Source: Azolla caroliniana (lineage: Eukaryota; Plantae; Polypodiophyta). From it: a stretch of DNA of 64,000 bases. Made by a program: the position numbers and the translations under genes. A model generated the notes under the pieces. It had not been told where the DNA came from. It did no database searches and was given only the letters and a program-made list of their open reading frames with translations. Positions 1 to 10,340 of the stretch are shown piece by piece; positions within the stretch are counted from its first letter, which is position 1; each line of letters starts with the position of its first letter. The stretch covers positions 3,472,001-3,536,000 of the forward strand of contig JBHGNT010000015.1 in the NCBI GenBank assembly GCA_043228905.1. The letters run 5' to 3'.

Positions 1-204
1 AACAACGAGGGAGTTATGACCATTCTATTTTTACTGTTTTTTATAGTCTGCGTTTTCTCTTTTTACTTTTCTCTTGGTCTCGTACTTTTACTTTTGACTT
101 CTTCCCTAAGGTCTTAGTTCGTGTTCTTATCCTCAAAAGGTGAATTATCTATACTTTATATTCTCCTAATGTTCAATGGCTTAGATTCTAAAAACACTTT
201 CACA
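1..204 (-). repeat. 3' LTR (partial) of the Tat-like element
   Basis: No differences from 6257-6460 seen by eye. Begins TGTGAAAG on the minus strand right after the PPT AAGGGGGAGGGCTAAA. Confidence 0.95.
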
Positions 205-464
205 TTTAGCCCTCCCCCTTGTTAGAGGCTAAGCCATTTATGGCGAAGCACTTATTGGCAGTACTCAACAAACAAAAGCTCTCTCGCCAATCTCTTGGCT
301 ATAGACAATGAGAGAGATATAAAAAGAAAATAAAAAGATGTGAGTAAAACCCCCGCTAATCGGTAGGAAAAACCTCACATTCTCTACAAATAAAAAAAAA
401 ATAATCACTATTACCATCTTCCTTTTTGTTAATAGAGAGAAAGATGGGTCTACAATATGGACTA

Positions 465-3400
465 TTAAGAAAATAATGTATGGGGAAACAAGTCCACTTC
501 TTGCTCCCATCCATCCGTATCAACAATATCATTAGTAACTTGGGGAATATAAGTAGGTCCCCGAGTTACATACTTTTTAAGGCGCCATCCGTTCACTCGA
601 TAAGAATGAAGTGCTCCATCCACATCTTTCAATTGGTAACTTCCGTTGTCATACTTTTTGTGAACCACAAAGGGTCCTTCCCACTTATTATCAAGCTTTT
701 GTCCTTGAATATAATCATATCTATTATCATACCTAAGAACCAATGATCCTTCTTCAATGTGGTTGCCCTTGTGTTTTTTGTCATATGCCTCCTTTCTCTT
801 CATTGCTTGATTTAAGTAATGCTCCACAGCTTCTTCTCTTGAATATTGTAGTAGATGGTTGCTCGCTAAACGACTCATCTCATCATTTCCTTTTGAGCGA
901 TGCGATGCCTCCATTAGTCTATTACTTTTGATCTCAAGTTCGATCGGAAGTAACGCTTCTTTTCCATAAACCAAATAAAAAGGAGTAAAACCTGTGGAGG
1001 ATTTATAAGAAACTCTATAAGCCCAAAGAGTATCATCCAAATACCTATCCCATGTTCTTACTTTGTCTTGCACTAACTTTGTCAAATTCTTCACTATAAG
1101 CCCATTCACTTTCTCAACTGCACCATTTGCTTGAGGATAATAAGGCGTTGAATATCGATGCTTAATCTTCAACTTGCTTAATAGACAAGCTAACATTTGA
1201 CTCCTAAAACCGGGTCCATGATCGGATACAATCTCCATGGGAACTCCAAATCTAGTACAAATATTCTTATACACAAATTGGGCTACATCTTTGGCTTTAA
1301 TCGAGGAAGTTGCTATAGCTTCCACCCACTTTGTCATGTAGTCAATGGCCACCAAAATAAACTCTTTACCATGTTGAGTTTTCGGAAGAGGTCCTACTGC
1401 ATCAATTCCCCATTTCTCGAATGGAGCAAACACCACAATGGGTTGTAAAGGTCCACTTTGTAGATGTCTTATTCCCGCTTTTTGACATGCATCACAAGAT
1501 CTACACCAATCATGCACATCCCTATGGATAGTAGGCCATGTAAAACCAATTAGTAAAATCTTTCTTATCATTATATCATGGGCTAAATGCCCACCACAAA
1601 CTTCTTCATGCAACTTAAAGAGTATCTTTATAATCTCGCTTTTGTTAGGAACTCTTCGTAAAACTCCATCTTTCCCTTTGTTGTACAAATCTTCACCCAC
1701 CAAATGATATTGTGAAGCCTTTGCCACCAAACGTTTTCTTTGCAAAGCATTGAGGTTATTTGGAAACTCTCCTTTATTAAGAAAATTATGTACTTCCTCT
1801 AGGGAGTCTACATCTTTGCACGTCTCCAAAACACCAACGAAACCTTCCTTGATCTTATCTAATTGGGCTTGAGCTAATGCATCCGCTTCTTTATTGTATA
1901 ATCTCCCCACATGCTTAACCTGTATCTTTTCAAAAGACCTTAGTAGACTCATTGCTTCTTTATAAAAATTTCTAAGCCCATCACTTTGACATTTCCAATT
2001 GCCTTGAATTTGTTTAATTACCAATAAGGAATCACCCTTAAGAATTAATCTTTTTATCTTCATAGCTTTACATAGACGAAGACCATAACACAAGGTAGCA
2101 TACTCCGCTTCATTATTTGAATTCACACCACTTAATGTAATACCTTCACTTTTTACTCTGTCTCCTTGAGGATCCTTGAGAATAATCCCACCCACGGCTA
2201 TGTTTGTGGCTTTGCGAAATGCCCCATCAAAGAATAAGGTGAATGCATCCTCCATATCCGGCTCGGGAAGTGCCTTTCGTAGCTTTACCAAGTCTTCTTC
2301 ATGAAAGGTTTCTCTAAAGGTGAGAAGATCCGCCAATTCGGCACGCATAGTTGATTCCAATTTGACTTCAAAATCAAACTCCGCCAATAGTAGAGCCCAT
2401 TTAGCAATTCGTGCTGAAATGCTCACATGTTGGAGTACATATGGGAGTAATGACATGCTAGTGATTATTACAAAATGATGAGGTAGTAGAAAGCTTCTAA
2501 ACTTTTTACAAGCATATATAAGAGCTAACATCCACTTTTCTACTTCTAAGAATTCTTTCTCTACATCAGACAGGGCTTTACTAATAAAATATATAGGATG
2601 CATAAGCCTATTTTCAGAATCTTGTTGCATAAGAATGGCTCCTATAGCATGAGATCCAACACTAAGAGAAAGAAAGAAGGTAGATGTTCTATCAGGTGGC
2701 TTTAGAATAGGAGCATTACATAATAGTTCTTTTATTCTTACATATTGCTCTTCAGTTGTAGATGTCCACAAGAAGTTGTTGGTGCGAAGAATAATGCGAA
2801 AAGGATAGAGAATTTGGGCCAACATATGAATGAATCGTTCAAAGTAACGAACTTTTTGAACAAATACCTCCAAATCTTTGATACTCGTGGGTGTTGTCAT
2901 CTTTTGAATTGCTTCAATCTTTGAGCTATCAACTTTGATTCCTTCTTGAGACACCACATGACCAAGCATCACCACCTCCTTTTCACCTATGTGACACTTC
3001 TCTGGGTTGAGTTGCATTTTGCATTCCTCCAATCTTTTGAATGCCAAGCGAACCTTTTCCAAATGGTCTTTCCTGCTACTATAAATTGCAAAGTCATCCA
3101 TAAAGACTCTAACAAACTTTCCAAAGAATGGTTGGAATACATGAATAGCAAGACGATTAAATGTAAAAACAGCATTTGTGAGTCCAAAAGGCATGCATCG
3201 ATATGCAAAGCATCCCCATGGAGTGATGAATGTCGTCTTCTTTTGATCCTCTTCCGCAATACGAATTTGAAAATAACCTGAATAGCCATCACAAACAGAG
3301 TACATTTCATGACCCGCAATTTCATCTAATATTTCATCTTGGAAAGGGAGAGGAAAGTGATCCCTCTTGGTAGCCGCATTTAGAGGTTTGTAATCAACAC

Positions 3401-5624
3401 AAACCCTCCATTTTCCATTCTTTTTAGGTACCACCACAATGGGCGAAACCCATTCCGAATCTTCCACTGGGTAAATGAATTGTGCACGCAACAAAGCTTT
3501 GACTTCCTTTAATAAGGCCTCCTTTTGCACGTGACCTAGCCTTCGCAACTTTTGCGCAACGGGAGTTGTACCCTCCTTTAGATTTATGTGATGTTGGATG
3601 ACATCTACACCCCTAATATGAGCATAATCACTAATGAAAAGGTTAGGAAATTCAGAAATCAAATTAATAAATTGTTGCCTCTCTTGCCCTTTAAGATCTT
3701 TAGAAATCATCTTCTCTTTTTGCTCCATAGTAATTAAACTTCCTTCATCATCTTCTTCCTTCAAAACGGCATATGATGTGGTCATTTCCCATTCTGACGA
3801 GGAATCTTCACTTTCATCACTTTCATATGCGGACCCACTATCATATTCAGTTATTCCATCTTCTTCTTTCTCAATAAGTCTTTGTTGCCGCATATCATAA
3901 TGTATGCTCACTCCTTTTGATGGCGTTATGGTCATCAAACCTTTGCTCCAATCTTGGACAACATTGAGTTCTTGCATCCATGGTCGTCCTAGTACCAAAG
4001 AATATGACGGTCCTTTTAGTGGTATTACATGAAAATCCATGGAAATGCTTACCCCAAAACACTTGATGACAACATCCTCCACTATGCCAATGCAATGGAC
4101 CACTCCACCATCGGCTACAGCCACTCTTGCCGAAGATGACCTACTTATAGGAATTCCCACTTTGTTTACCACAAATTCAGAAATCAAGCTTACTCTAGCA
4201 CCACTATCAACCAACGCATCTTTGATGTGAAACCCTTTGATGGAGACGGGGATGGTGGGTCGTATGTCCTTTCGATCTTCTACTCGCACGATTCCCACAT
4301 AATGCACAGTCTTCCGACTTTGGCGAATACTTGCAAGTCGCCCCCACTCCTTTCGTAATGTGGGAGATAATTGGAGAAGTTGCGGCCATGTTATCCTTGG
4401 TCCACTTGAAATCAACTCATGCTTCAAATTGAAAGCTTCTACACCTTCACCCATAGGAATGTCCTCCATCTTGATCTTTCTTCTAGAGTGTCTCCTTCTC
4501 AATTTTTCCTCTTTCTCATTCTCCTTAGACTTCTTCTTTTGTCTTGAGGCACTAGATTCTCCTTCAACTTCTTTCTCCTTTTGCGAGGACCTTGTCCTTT
4601 TCACAGAAGCTACTTCAAAAGAATTATCACTATCATCAATAAAATTAAGAAGATTCACATTATGAGGAATTGTAGGAACCTGAGCCATAGGGAGTGTTAC
4701 GTTTCCTTCGACTTCATTGTTGTTAGGTCGTTGTCCATTCCTTTGCACTTGATAAATGCCTCTTCCCATGCCTCTTTGTTGTCGATGAGGACATCTTGTT
4801 GAGATGTGTCCCTCCTCTTGACAAGAATAACAAATTACACCGTGATGCCCTCTAGAGCCACCACCATCGGGAATAGTGTTGTGAATTGCTTGGGATTGTC
4901 GCAAGTGGGTCATCACTTCATCAAAGCGCCGATTTACCAATGCCATGGTATCTTGTTCACTCCTCACTTGTTCAACTTCTTGGGATATACTTGTTGGGTT
5001 TATTGTTGTGGTGGTATACACATTTGGAAACACTTGTCCCCCATGCACAATTGAAGATGAGGCTTGAAAGTTGGCACGAGGCATCAAATTTGCACCCAAA
5101 GCCGTCATTTGGGGATCCCCCAAGGAGCTCATCATCTTCACTTGTCGATCATAAGCTTGACAAACTTGGATAAGAGCTTGAAACGATGTGGGATCCTTCA
5201 AGTTTGCTTCCAAACGGAAATACATATCAAGACCCATCTTGAATCGTTCCATTTTAAACCACTCGTCTTCAGTGCTGCCACGAAGACGAATCCATGTAGT
5301 CCACAAATCCTTGAAATTTCTTTCATACTCAGTGAAACCAATTGGTGATTCCATCTTTAGTCGAAATAGCTCTTCCCTTACTTCGGTTGCACTTCGTCGT
5401 TGAATATATTTGGCACGAAACTGGTGCACCAACAATTGATATGCTCCCTGTTGGTTTGGAGGAAGAGAGTCGTACCAATCTCGAGCTCGACCATAGAATG
5501 TAGCTACCAATAAAGGTAACTTCTCATTGTCGGTGATGCGTCCAATAGAGACAGCATGATGCTCAAAAGATGCCAAAAAGGCACCCGCATCTTGTGTTCT
5601 TTCACCTGAAAATGCAAATTGCAT
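465..5624 (-). CDS. pol: Gag-Pol polyprotein: capsid, CCHC knuckle, protease, RT, degenerate RNase H, additional RNase H, integrase
   Basis: Motifs CYSCQEEGHISTRC, ALVDSGA, VFMDDF, FFDGA..NNEAEY..KGDS..EADALA, HHCC, and GIDAVG/SDHG/AVEKVN. The first ATG downstream of the PBS is at 5624; the track start at 5747 lies inside the LTR. Confidence 0.95.
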   Translation of the reverse strand: MQFAFSGERTQDAGAFLASFEHHAVSIGRITDNEKLPLLVATFYGRARDWYDSLPPNQQGAYQLLVHQFRAKYIQRRSATEVREELFRLKMESPIGFTEYERNFKDLWTTWIRLRGSTEDEWFKMERFKMGLDMYFRLEANLKDPTSFQALIQVCQAYDRQVKMMSSLGDPQMTALGANLMPRANFQASSSIVHGGQVFPNVYTTTTINPTSISQEVEQVRSEQDTMALVNRRFDEVMTHLRQSQAIHNTIPDGGGSRGHHGVICYSCQEEGHISTRCPHRQQRGMGRGIYQVQRNGQRPNNNEVEGNVTLPMAQVPTIPHNVNLLNFIDDSDNSFEVASVKRTRSSQKEKEVEGESSASRQKKKSKENEKEEKLRRRHSRRKIKMEDIPMGEGVEAFNLKHELISSGPRITWPQLLQLSPTLRKEWGRLASIRQSRKTVHYVGIVRVEDRKDIRPTIPVSIKGFHIKDALVDSGARVSLISEFVVNKVGIPISRSSSARVAVADGGVVHCIGIVEDVVIKCFGVSISMDFHVIPLKGPSYSLVLGRPWMQELNVVQDWSKGLMTITPSKGVSIHYDMRQQRLIEKEEDGITEYDSGSAYESDESEDSSSEWEMTTSYAVLKEEDDEGSLITMEQKEKMISKDLKGQERQQFINLISEFPNLFISDYAHIRGVDVIQHHINLKEGTTPVAQKLRRLGHVQKEALLKEVKALLRAQFIYPVEDSEWVSPIVVVPKKNGKWRVCVDYKPLNAATKRDHFPLPFQDEILDEIAGHEMYSVCDGYSGYFQIRIAEEDQKKTTFITPWGCFAYRCMPFGLTNAVFTFNRLAIHVFQPFFGKFVRVFMDDFAIYSSRKDHLEKVRLAFKRLEECKMQLNPEKCHIGEKEVVMLGHVVSQEGIKVDSSKIEAIQKMTTPTSIKDLEVFVQKVRYFERFIHMLAQILYPFRIILRTNNFLWTSTTEEQYVRIKELLCNAPILKPPDRTSTFFLSLSVGSHAIGAILMQQDSENRLMHPIYFISKALSDVEKEFLEVEKWMLALIYACKKFRSFLLPHHFVIITSMSLLPYVLQHVSISARIAKWALLLAEFDFEVKLESTMRAELADLLTFRETFHEEDLVKLRKALPEPDMEDAFTLFFDGAFRKATNIAVGGIILKDPQGDRVKSEGITLSGVNSNNEAEYATLCYGLRLCKAMKIKRLILKGDSLLVIKQIQGNWKCQSDGLRNFYKEAMSLLRSFEKIQVKHVGRLYNKEADALAQAQLDKIKEGFVGVLETCKDVDSLEEVHNFLNKGEFPNNLNALQRKRLVAKASQYHLVGEDLYNKGKDGVLRRVPNKSEIIKILFKLHEEVCGGHLAHDIMIRKILLIGFTWPTIHRDVHDWCRSCDACQKAGIRHLQSGPLQPIVVFAPFEKWGIDAVGPLPKTQHGKEFILVAIDYMTKWVEAIATSSIKAKDVAQFVYKNICTRFGVPMEIVSDHGPGFRSQMLACLLSKLKIKHRYSTPYYPQANGAVEKVNGLIVKNLTKLVQDKVRTWDRYLDDTLWAYRVSYKSSTGFTPFYLVYGKEALLPIELEIKSNRLMEASHRSKGNDEMSRLASNHLLQYSREEAVEHYLNQAMKRKEAYDKKHKGNHIEEGSLVLRYDNRYDYIQGQKLDNKWEGPFVVHKKYDNGSYQLKDVDGALHSYRVNGWRLKKYVTRGPTYIPQVTNDIVDTDGWEQEVDLFPHTLFS

Positions 5625-5693
5625 AGCTAAGTTAATGTAATATAGTAACACAATTAAATGATAAGTTCTCCCTCCTATACGGAAAGGATCCGC

Positions 5694-5709
5694 CCTCCCT
5701 GGAGCGCCA
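5694..5709 (-). promoter_or_regulatory. Primer-binding site TGGCGCTCCAGGGAGG (tRNA-Asn-like, tentative)
   Basis: Lies 3 nt inside the 5' LTR end and resembles the Tat-type TGGCGCTAGAAGGAGG site. tRNA identity is inferred. Confidence 0.6.
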
Positions 5710-5712
5710 AAA

Positions 5713-6460
5713 TGATAGGGTGTATAAGATAATAGATAGTTATACACTATATGAGGGCTTGACCAAACCGATTAGATGGAGTTGAAAATCATAATATATT
5801 ATATAGCTCTAGGTAATTATGATTAGAGAGTATAACTCAAGAAACTAAGAAAAAAGATAGAGAAAGCGAGCAAGAAATAAGAATGTTCTGATATTCCAAC
5901 ATCAAGAGAATACAAAGGAGACAAACTCCACATTGAACTAAAACCAAAGACCTTCCTCTTCTAAGACACTTCCTCTTCCACAAAGACACTTCTTCCTAAC
6001 ACTCCTCATCCACTCTTTCACCTTCACTCTTCCCCCCCTTCTCACTAATATTACTTCTTCTTTTATAACCTTCCTCTTCTTATCCACGTTCATGCTATTT
6101 TTAGAAGCTTTTTATCTCCCTATTTTTAGCTATGACACATCAACCTTCTAATCGTCATATCTCCCTCATCCGATATCCAAATTAAGCGATTTAAAAAGCT
6201 ATAGAAAGCTCTTTTTACAAGCTTTCTAAACCATATTTAAACGTGATATTTGGATAAACAACGAGGGAGTTATGACCATTCTATTTTTACTGTTTTTTAT
6301 AGTCTGCGTTTTCTCTTTTTACTTTTCTCTTGGTCTCGTACTTTTACTTTTGACTTCTTCCCTAAGGTCTTAGTTCGTGTTCTTATCCTCAAAAGGTGAA
6401 TTATCTATACTTTATATTCTCCTAATGTTCAATGGCTTAGATTCTAAAAACACTTTCACA
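5713..6460 (-). repeat. 5' LTR of the Tat-like element (748 bp)
   Basis: TG...CA ends, adjacent PBS and a match to 1-204. Confidence 0.93.
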
Positions 6461-8359
6461 CCGAGCATCCATGCGGAGGTGCTCGAGGTGCGGGCGGAGA
6501 GCCGTACCTGGGAGGAGTTCGAAGGCCGACTCCTAGAAAAATACGGGTTGGACGACGCGCTCCGGCTTTCGAAACGGGACTTCATGGAATGGGTGGAGTC
6601 CCCCGGCAAGGGAAGAAACGCGTCGGCACTCCTCCGGGAGTTTGAAGAACGCTTTGCGCGCCTTTCGGCGCTTGACCGAACCGTTCTGGATACGAGCCGG
6701 GTCCTATTGTTCGTCAAGTCGGTGGACGAGCGGGACCGGGACCAAGTCGGCTCCTTGCTGGAAACCAAGGACGGGCTGACAACCGACTGGGCTGCGGTTA
6801 AGAGAGTCTGTGGCCGTTTCGATAAACGGCGGGAATGGGCTGACAACGGGGCGGCCGGTGCGGGGTCTGTCACAGCAAGGAGGCTTGAACCGGCACCGCA
6901 AGTACGAAGGGAAGAAACCCGGGAATGGCTCGAAACCGGTCCGGCTTCGACCCGCATGGTCAATGGCTCGTCCGGAGGAGCAGCACTGGAGGAGTTGACG
7001 CGGGCGATAAAGGATCTCCAGATCGCCCAGACTCGAAGGGAAGGCGGCGAACCGGCTCGTGACCGACGGCCGGCAGCAGGGAACAGGTGCATGTGGTGCG
7101 ACGAGGTCGGTCACATTCGGAAGGACTGCGGCGATTTCGCAGAGGCGTTGAGGAACCGGGTGGTGTACCTGTGGGAAGGCCGGGTGCACGCCGGCGACAC
7201 CAGGAGGGCCCTGAACCGAAACGACGGGCGAGGAGGTATGAAGAGACTGATGGAAGAGGCCGCGGCCCGACACGTAGAAGCCATCCACTACTCGGCGTCG
7301 GCCGGAATTCGGGTCGGGGGCAGCGAGGCCCGAAAGGAGGGCAAAGACGGATTCTGGTCGGCAATGCTGGAAGGTCTTGCCGGCGCATGGTTGAAGAAGG
7401 ATGAAACGGACCGCGCTGAGAGACGGGTCCGGGAAATAACCGGGTGGAGCGATCCGGTCGAGGAAAAGACGGGCTTCGTAGAAGCCGCCTGCCAGAACTA
7501 CGAGGCTCTGGTAGAAGACAAACGAGTGGGGAAAGCCGGAGCGGCCGAGCCTTCACAACGGTACGAGACCCGATTCGGGCAGCGACGGAACGATGCCGGC
7601 GGACCCAGCTCGCAAGATAACCCCAGGAAGGGCGGATACCGACTGGGGACGGAAATAGAAAGGACTACGGACCTACGGAAGGTCCTAGAGGAACAGATCC
7701 TCGACAGCAAGGTGGAGCTGTCATTGCGGGAGGTGCTAGGGATCGCCAAGAAGGAGTTCCACGATTCCATTGTAGACTTGGTGAAACGGAAGAGGCTGTC
7801 GACGGAGACGGATCCGGAAAGACCGGTAGAGGTGCGGACGACGCACATCGACGACTCGGCGCTGGCAGATGAGTGGGCGGAGAGCCACTATTCGAGGCCA
7901 CACTGGGCCCGAGCGACCACGGAGACCCTGGTAAAGATCGGAGATGTTCGGGAACCGGTGGTGGCGTTGGTGGACCACGATTCGGAAATAAACCTGATGT
8001 CCATGGACTTCTATAAGAAGGGGAAGTGGCCAATCAACACCAAGCACGGGTGGAAGATACGGGCGGCGATGCGCGCCACCGAGGAACTGCATGGGGCCTG
8101 CCCGAACGTGCGAGTCAAGATCGGCGACATCGAGATTGACCAGCACTTCTTCGTACAGGAGACGTCCTCGCACCCGGTCATATTAGGTGAACCATACATC
8201 ACGGCGGCGCGGATGGAGACCAAAGTGCTGGACAACGGTTCGGCCTACGCGAGGGTCAAAAGCCAAGACGGGCGCCATTCGGTCCAATTTCTGACGGTGC
8301 GGCCGAACCACGAGCGGAACCGCGAATCCCTCGGTGGCGAGAACCGGGAGGATTTTTAG
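6461..8359 (+). pseudogene. gag: Element A gag-protease (5' end cut off by the Tat-like insertion)
   Basis: CMWCDEVGHIRKDC knuckle and protease-like ALVDHDSEIN. Homologous to the gag of D, F, G and L. Confidence 0.9.
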
Positions 8360-8416
8360 AGAGGGCTGCCAAGGCGTGGGGCCGAGACAGTCCAGACACT
8401 CGGGAAAGACCCCACA
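8350..8416 (+). promoter_or_regulatory. Putative -1 ribosomal frameshift signal (G GAU UUU plus pseudoknot)
   Basis: Gag ends GAT TTT TAG and the -1 frame is open into pol. Stems GGGCTG/CAGTCC and GTGGGG/CCCCAC. Confidence 0.75.
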
Positions 8417-10340
8417 GCTGTACGATAGAACCGAAACCGAAGAAACCTTGTACGATAGGTAGAAAATTCGGCTTCTCCGGCAACGGAGGGTGTATGATAG
8501 TCAGCATCGTTGGCCGAGAAAGGGCAAGGGCGGAGGAGCGACTTCGAGCGTGCGGAGTTCTCGGCCCGGACGGGGAAATCAGTGGGGCCGTGGAGGCGGT
8601 CTCCTTCGACGACACCTTGGGGATGCTGAGGAAGGTAGCCGGAGAAGACCTTAATGAAGACCGGACGATACCGGCATGTTCCGAAGAGATGTACGGAGTC
8701 ATCGCGGACTTCAGTCAGGGGCTCGGGTCGGATCGGACAGCCTGAGTTAGCATGAAGTACAAGACTGTGGGCCGGAAGGTAAGGCCAGTCGCGGCACCCT
8801 TACCGGAGGGCAGCGAGTCCCGAATCAGAGGAGTGGCGTCGGACCCCAGTTTACGAGATCCGGCCTGCATAGGACACACCTTCACCGACGGGACGCTCCG
8901 GGAGCTCAAGATCGGTGGGGGCGGGTTCCTACTACCGGCGGAGGAAGACCAGTTTCGGAGAATGCTCAGAAGGCACGGGAAAGCCTTCGCATTCTCACCG
9001 AACGAGATCGGGTGCGCAGACCCGACGATCGTGGAGCCGATGGTGATATTCACGGTACCACATGTGCCGTGGAATCTCAAGCCGATTCCAGTACCGAGAG
9101 CTCACATCCCGAAGTTGATGGAGCTATTGAGGCAGAAAGTAGATATAGGCATTCTCAAACCGTCGAGTGCCCCATACTCGAACCGATGGTTTACCGTTCC
9201 AAAGAAAAACGGAACGATGCGCTTCATTCAAGACCTGCAGCCGGTCAACAGAGTGACCATTCGGAACGCAGGAATCGGACCGACCATAGACGAGTTCGCG
9301 GAGGCCTTCGCCGGAAGGTCGATTTACTCAGTCGGTGATCTGTACTCGGGGTACGACCAGTTCCAGCTAGCCGTGGAGAGCAGAGACATTACGACGATGC
9401 GAACTCCCCTCGGCCTAGTGTGAATGTGTACCCTGCCACAAGGAGGGACCAACTCGGTGGCCCACATGGTGAATGGAATGAACAAGGTACTGAGGGATTG
9501 CATCCCAGACATCACCATGCCGTTTCTAGACGACATCCCGATCAAGGGGTGCCCGGTGGAGGAGAAGGACGAGACAGTCGGGCCGGACGGATGCCGGCGA
9601 TTCGTGGCGAAACACATCGACGACTGCGAGAAGGTGCTACAAAGGCTAGAGGATGCGAGGCTCACCTTCTCCGAGGAGAAATCGGCCTTCGGGCAATCGG
9701 AAATCCTAGTAGTCGGACACCTATGTGGGCCATATGGCCGGAAGCCGTCTCCGGCAAAGGTAGAAGCCATCTCCGCGATGAAGACCGATTGTAGCTCGGT
9801 TACGGAAGTTCGGAGGTTCCTGGGGGCATGCGCATTCTACCACATATGGATCCCGCATTACGCCTACGTTGCGGAGCCACTATGCGGGTTGCTGAAGAAA
9901 GGGCGAAAATTCGAATGGCGAGACGAGCACACGGAGTCGGTCCGGAAGCTGAAGGAAGCTCTTGCGGCAGCACCGGCGCTCCGGAAGGCTGTCTACGGGA
10001 AGGGTACCCCGGTGTACATAATGGTGGATACGAGTCCGATCGGGATCGGATGGGTCATCAACCAAGAAGATGAGGACGGCATTCGGTTCCCGATCCGATT
10101 CGGCGCCAAGGTCCTCAATGAACAACAGCGAGGGTACGCCCAGGTTAAACGCGAACTCTGGGGTATCGTTTCGGCAGTAAAGGCCGACAAAGACTACTTG
10201 ATCGGGACAGAAGTGGTTGGCGAGACGGATTGCCTGCCGATTCTCGGCATGGTTTCCGGATGCGTGACACCGGACCTGGCGATGCTCAGGTGGATAGCGT
10301 ACATCAAGTCCCTAGACCCAGAAATACGACACATTTCCGG
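8350..10340 (+). pseudogene. pol: Element A pol (RT-RNase H), in the -1 frame, with stops at 8743 and 9421, truncated before integrase
   Basis: Motifs KYKTVGRKVRPV, IQDLQPVN, DLYSGYDQ, LPQG, FLDD and VDTSP. Confidence 0.9.

Larger units (their letters stand above)
1..6460 (-). mobile_element. Ty3/gypsy Tat-like LTR retrotransposon, apparently intact (about 7.0 kb; 3' LTR runs off the window)
   Basis: 1-204 matches 6257-6460. PPT at 205-220, PBS at about 5694-5709 and a single intact gag-pol ORF. Inserted into the gag of element A. Confidence 0.95.

Noticed and set aside
6377-6460. N-terminus of the 660-aa ORF
   Set aside because: Chance read-in from the Tat-like LTR. True gag homology starts at 6461.
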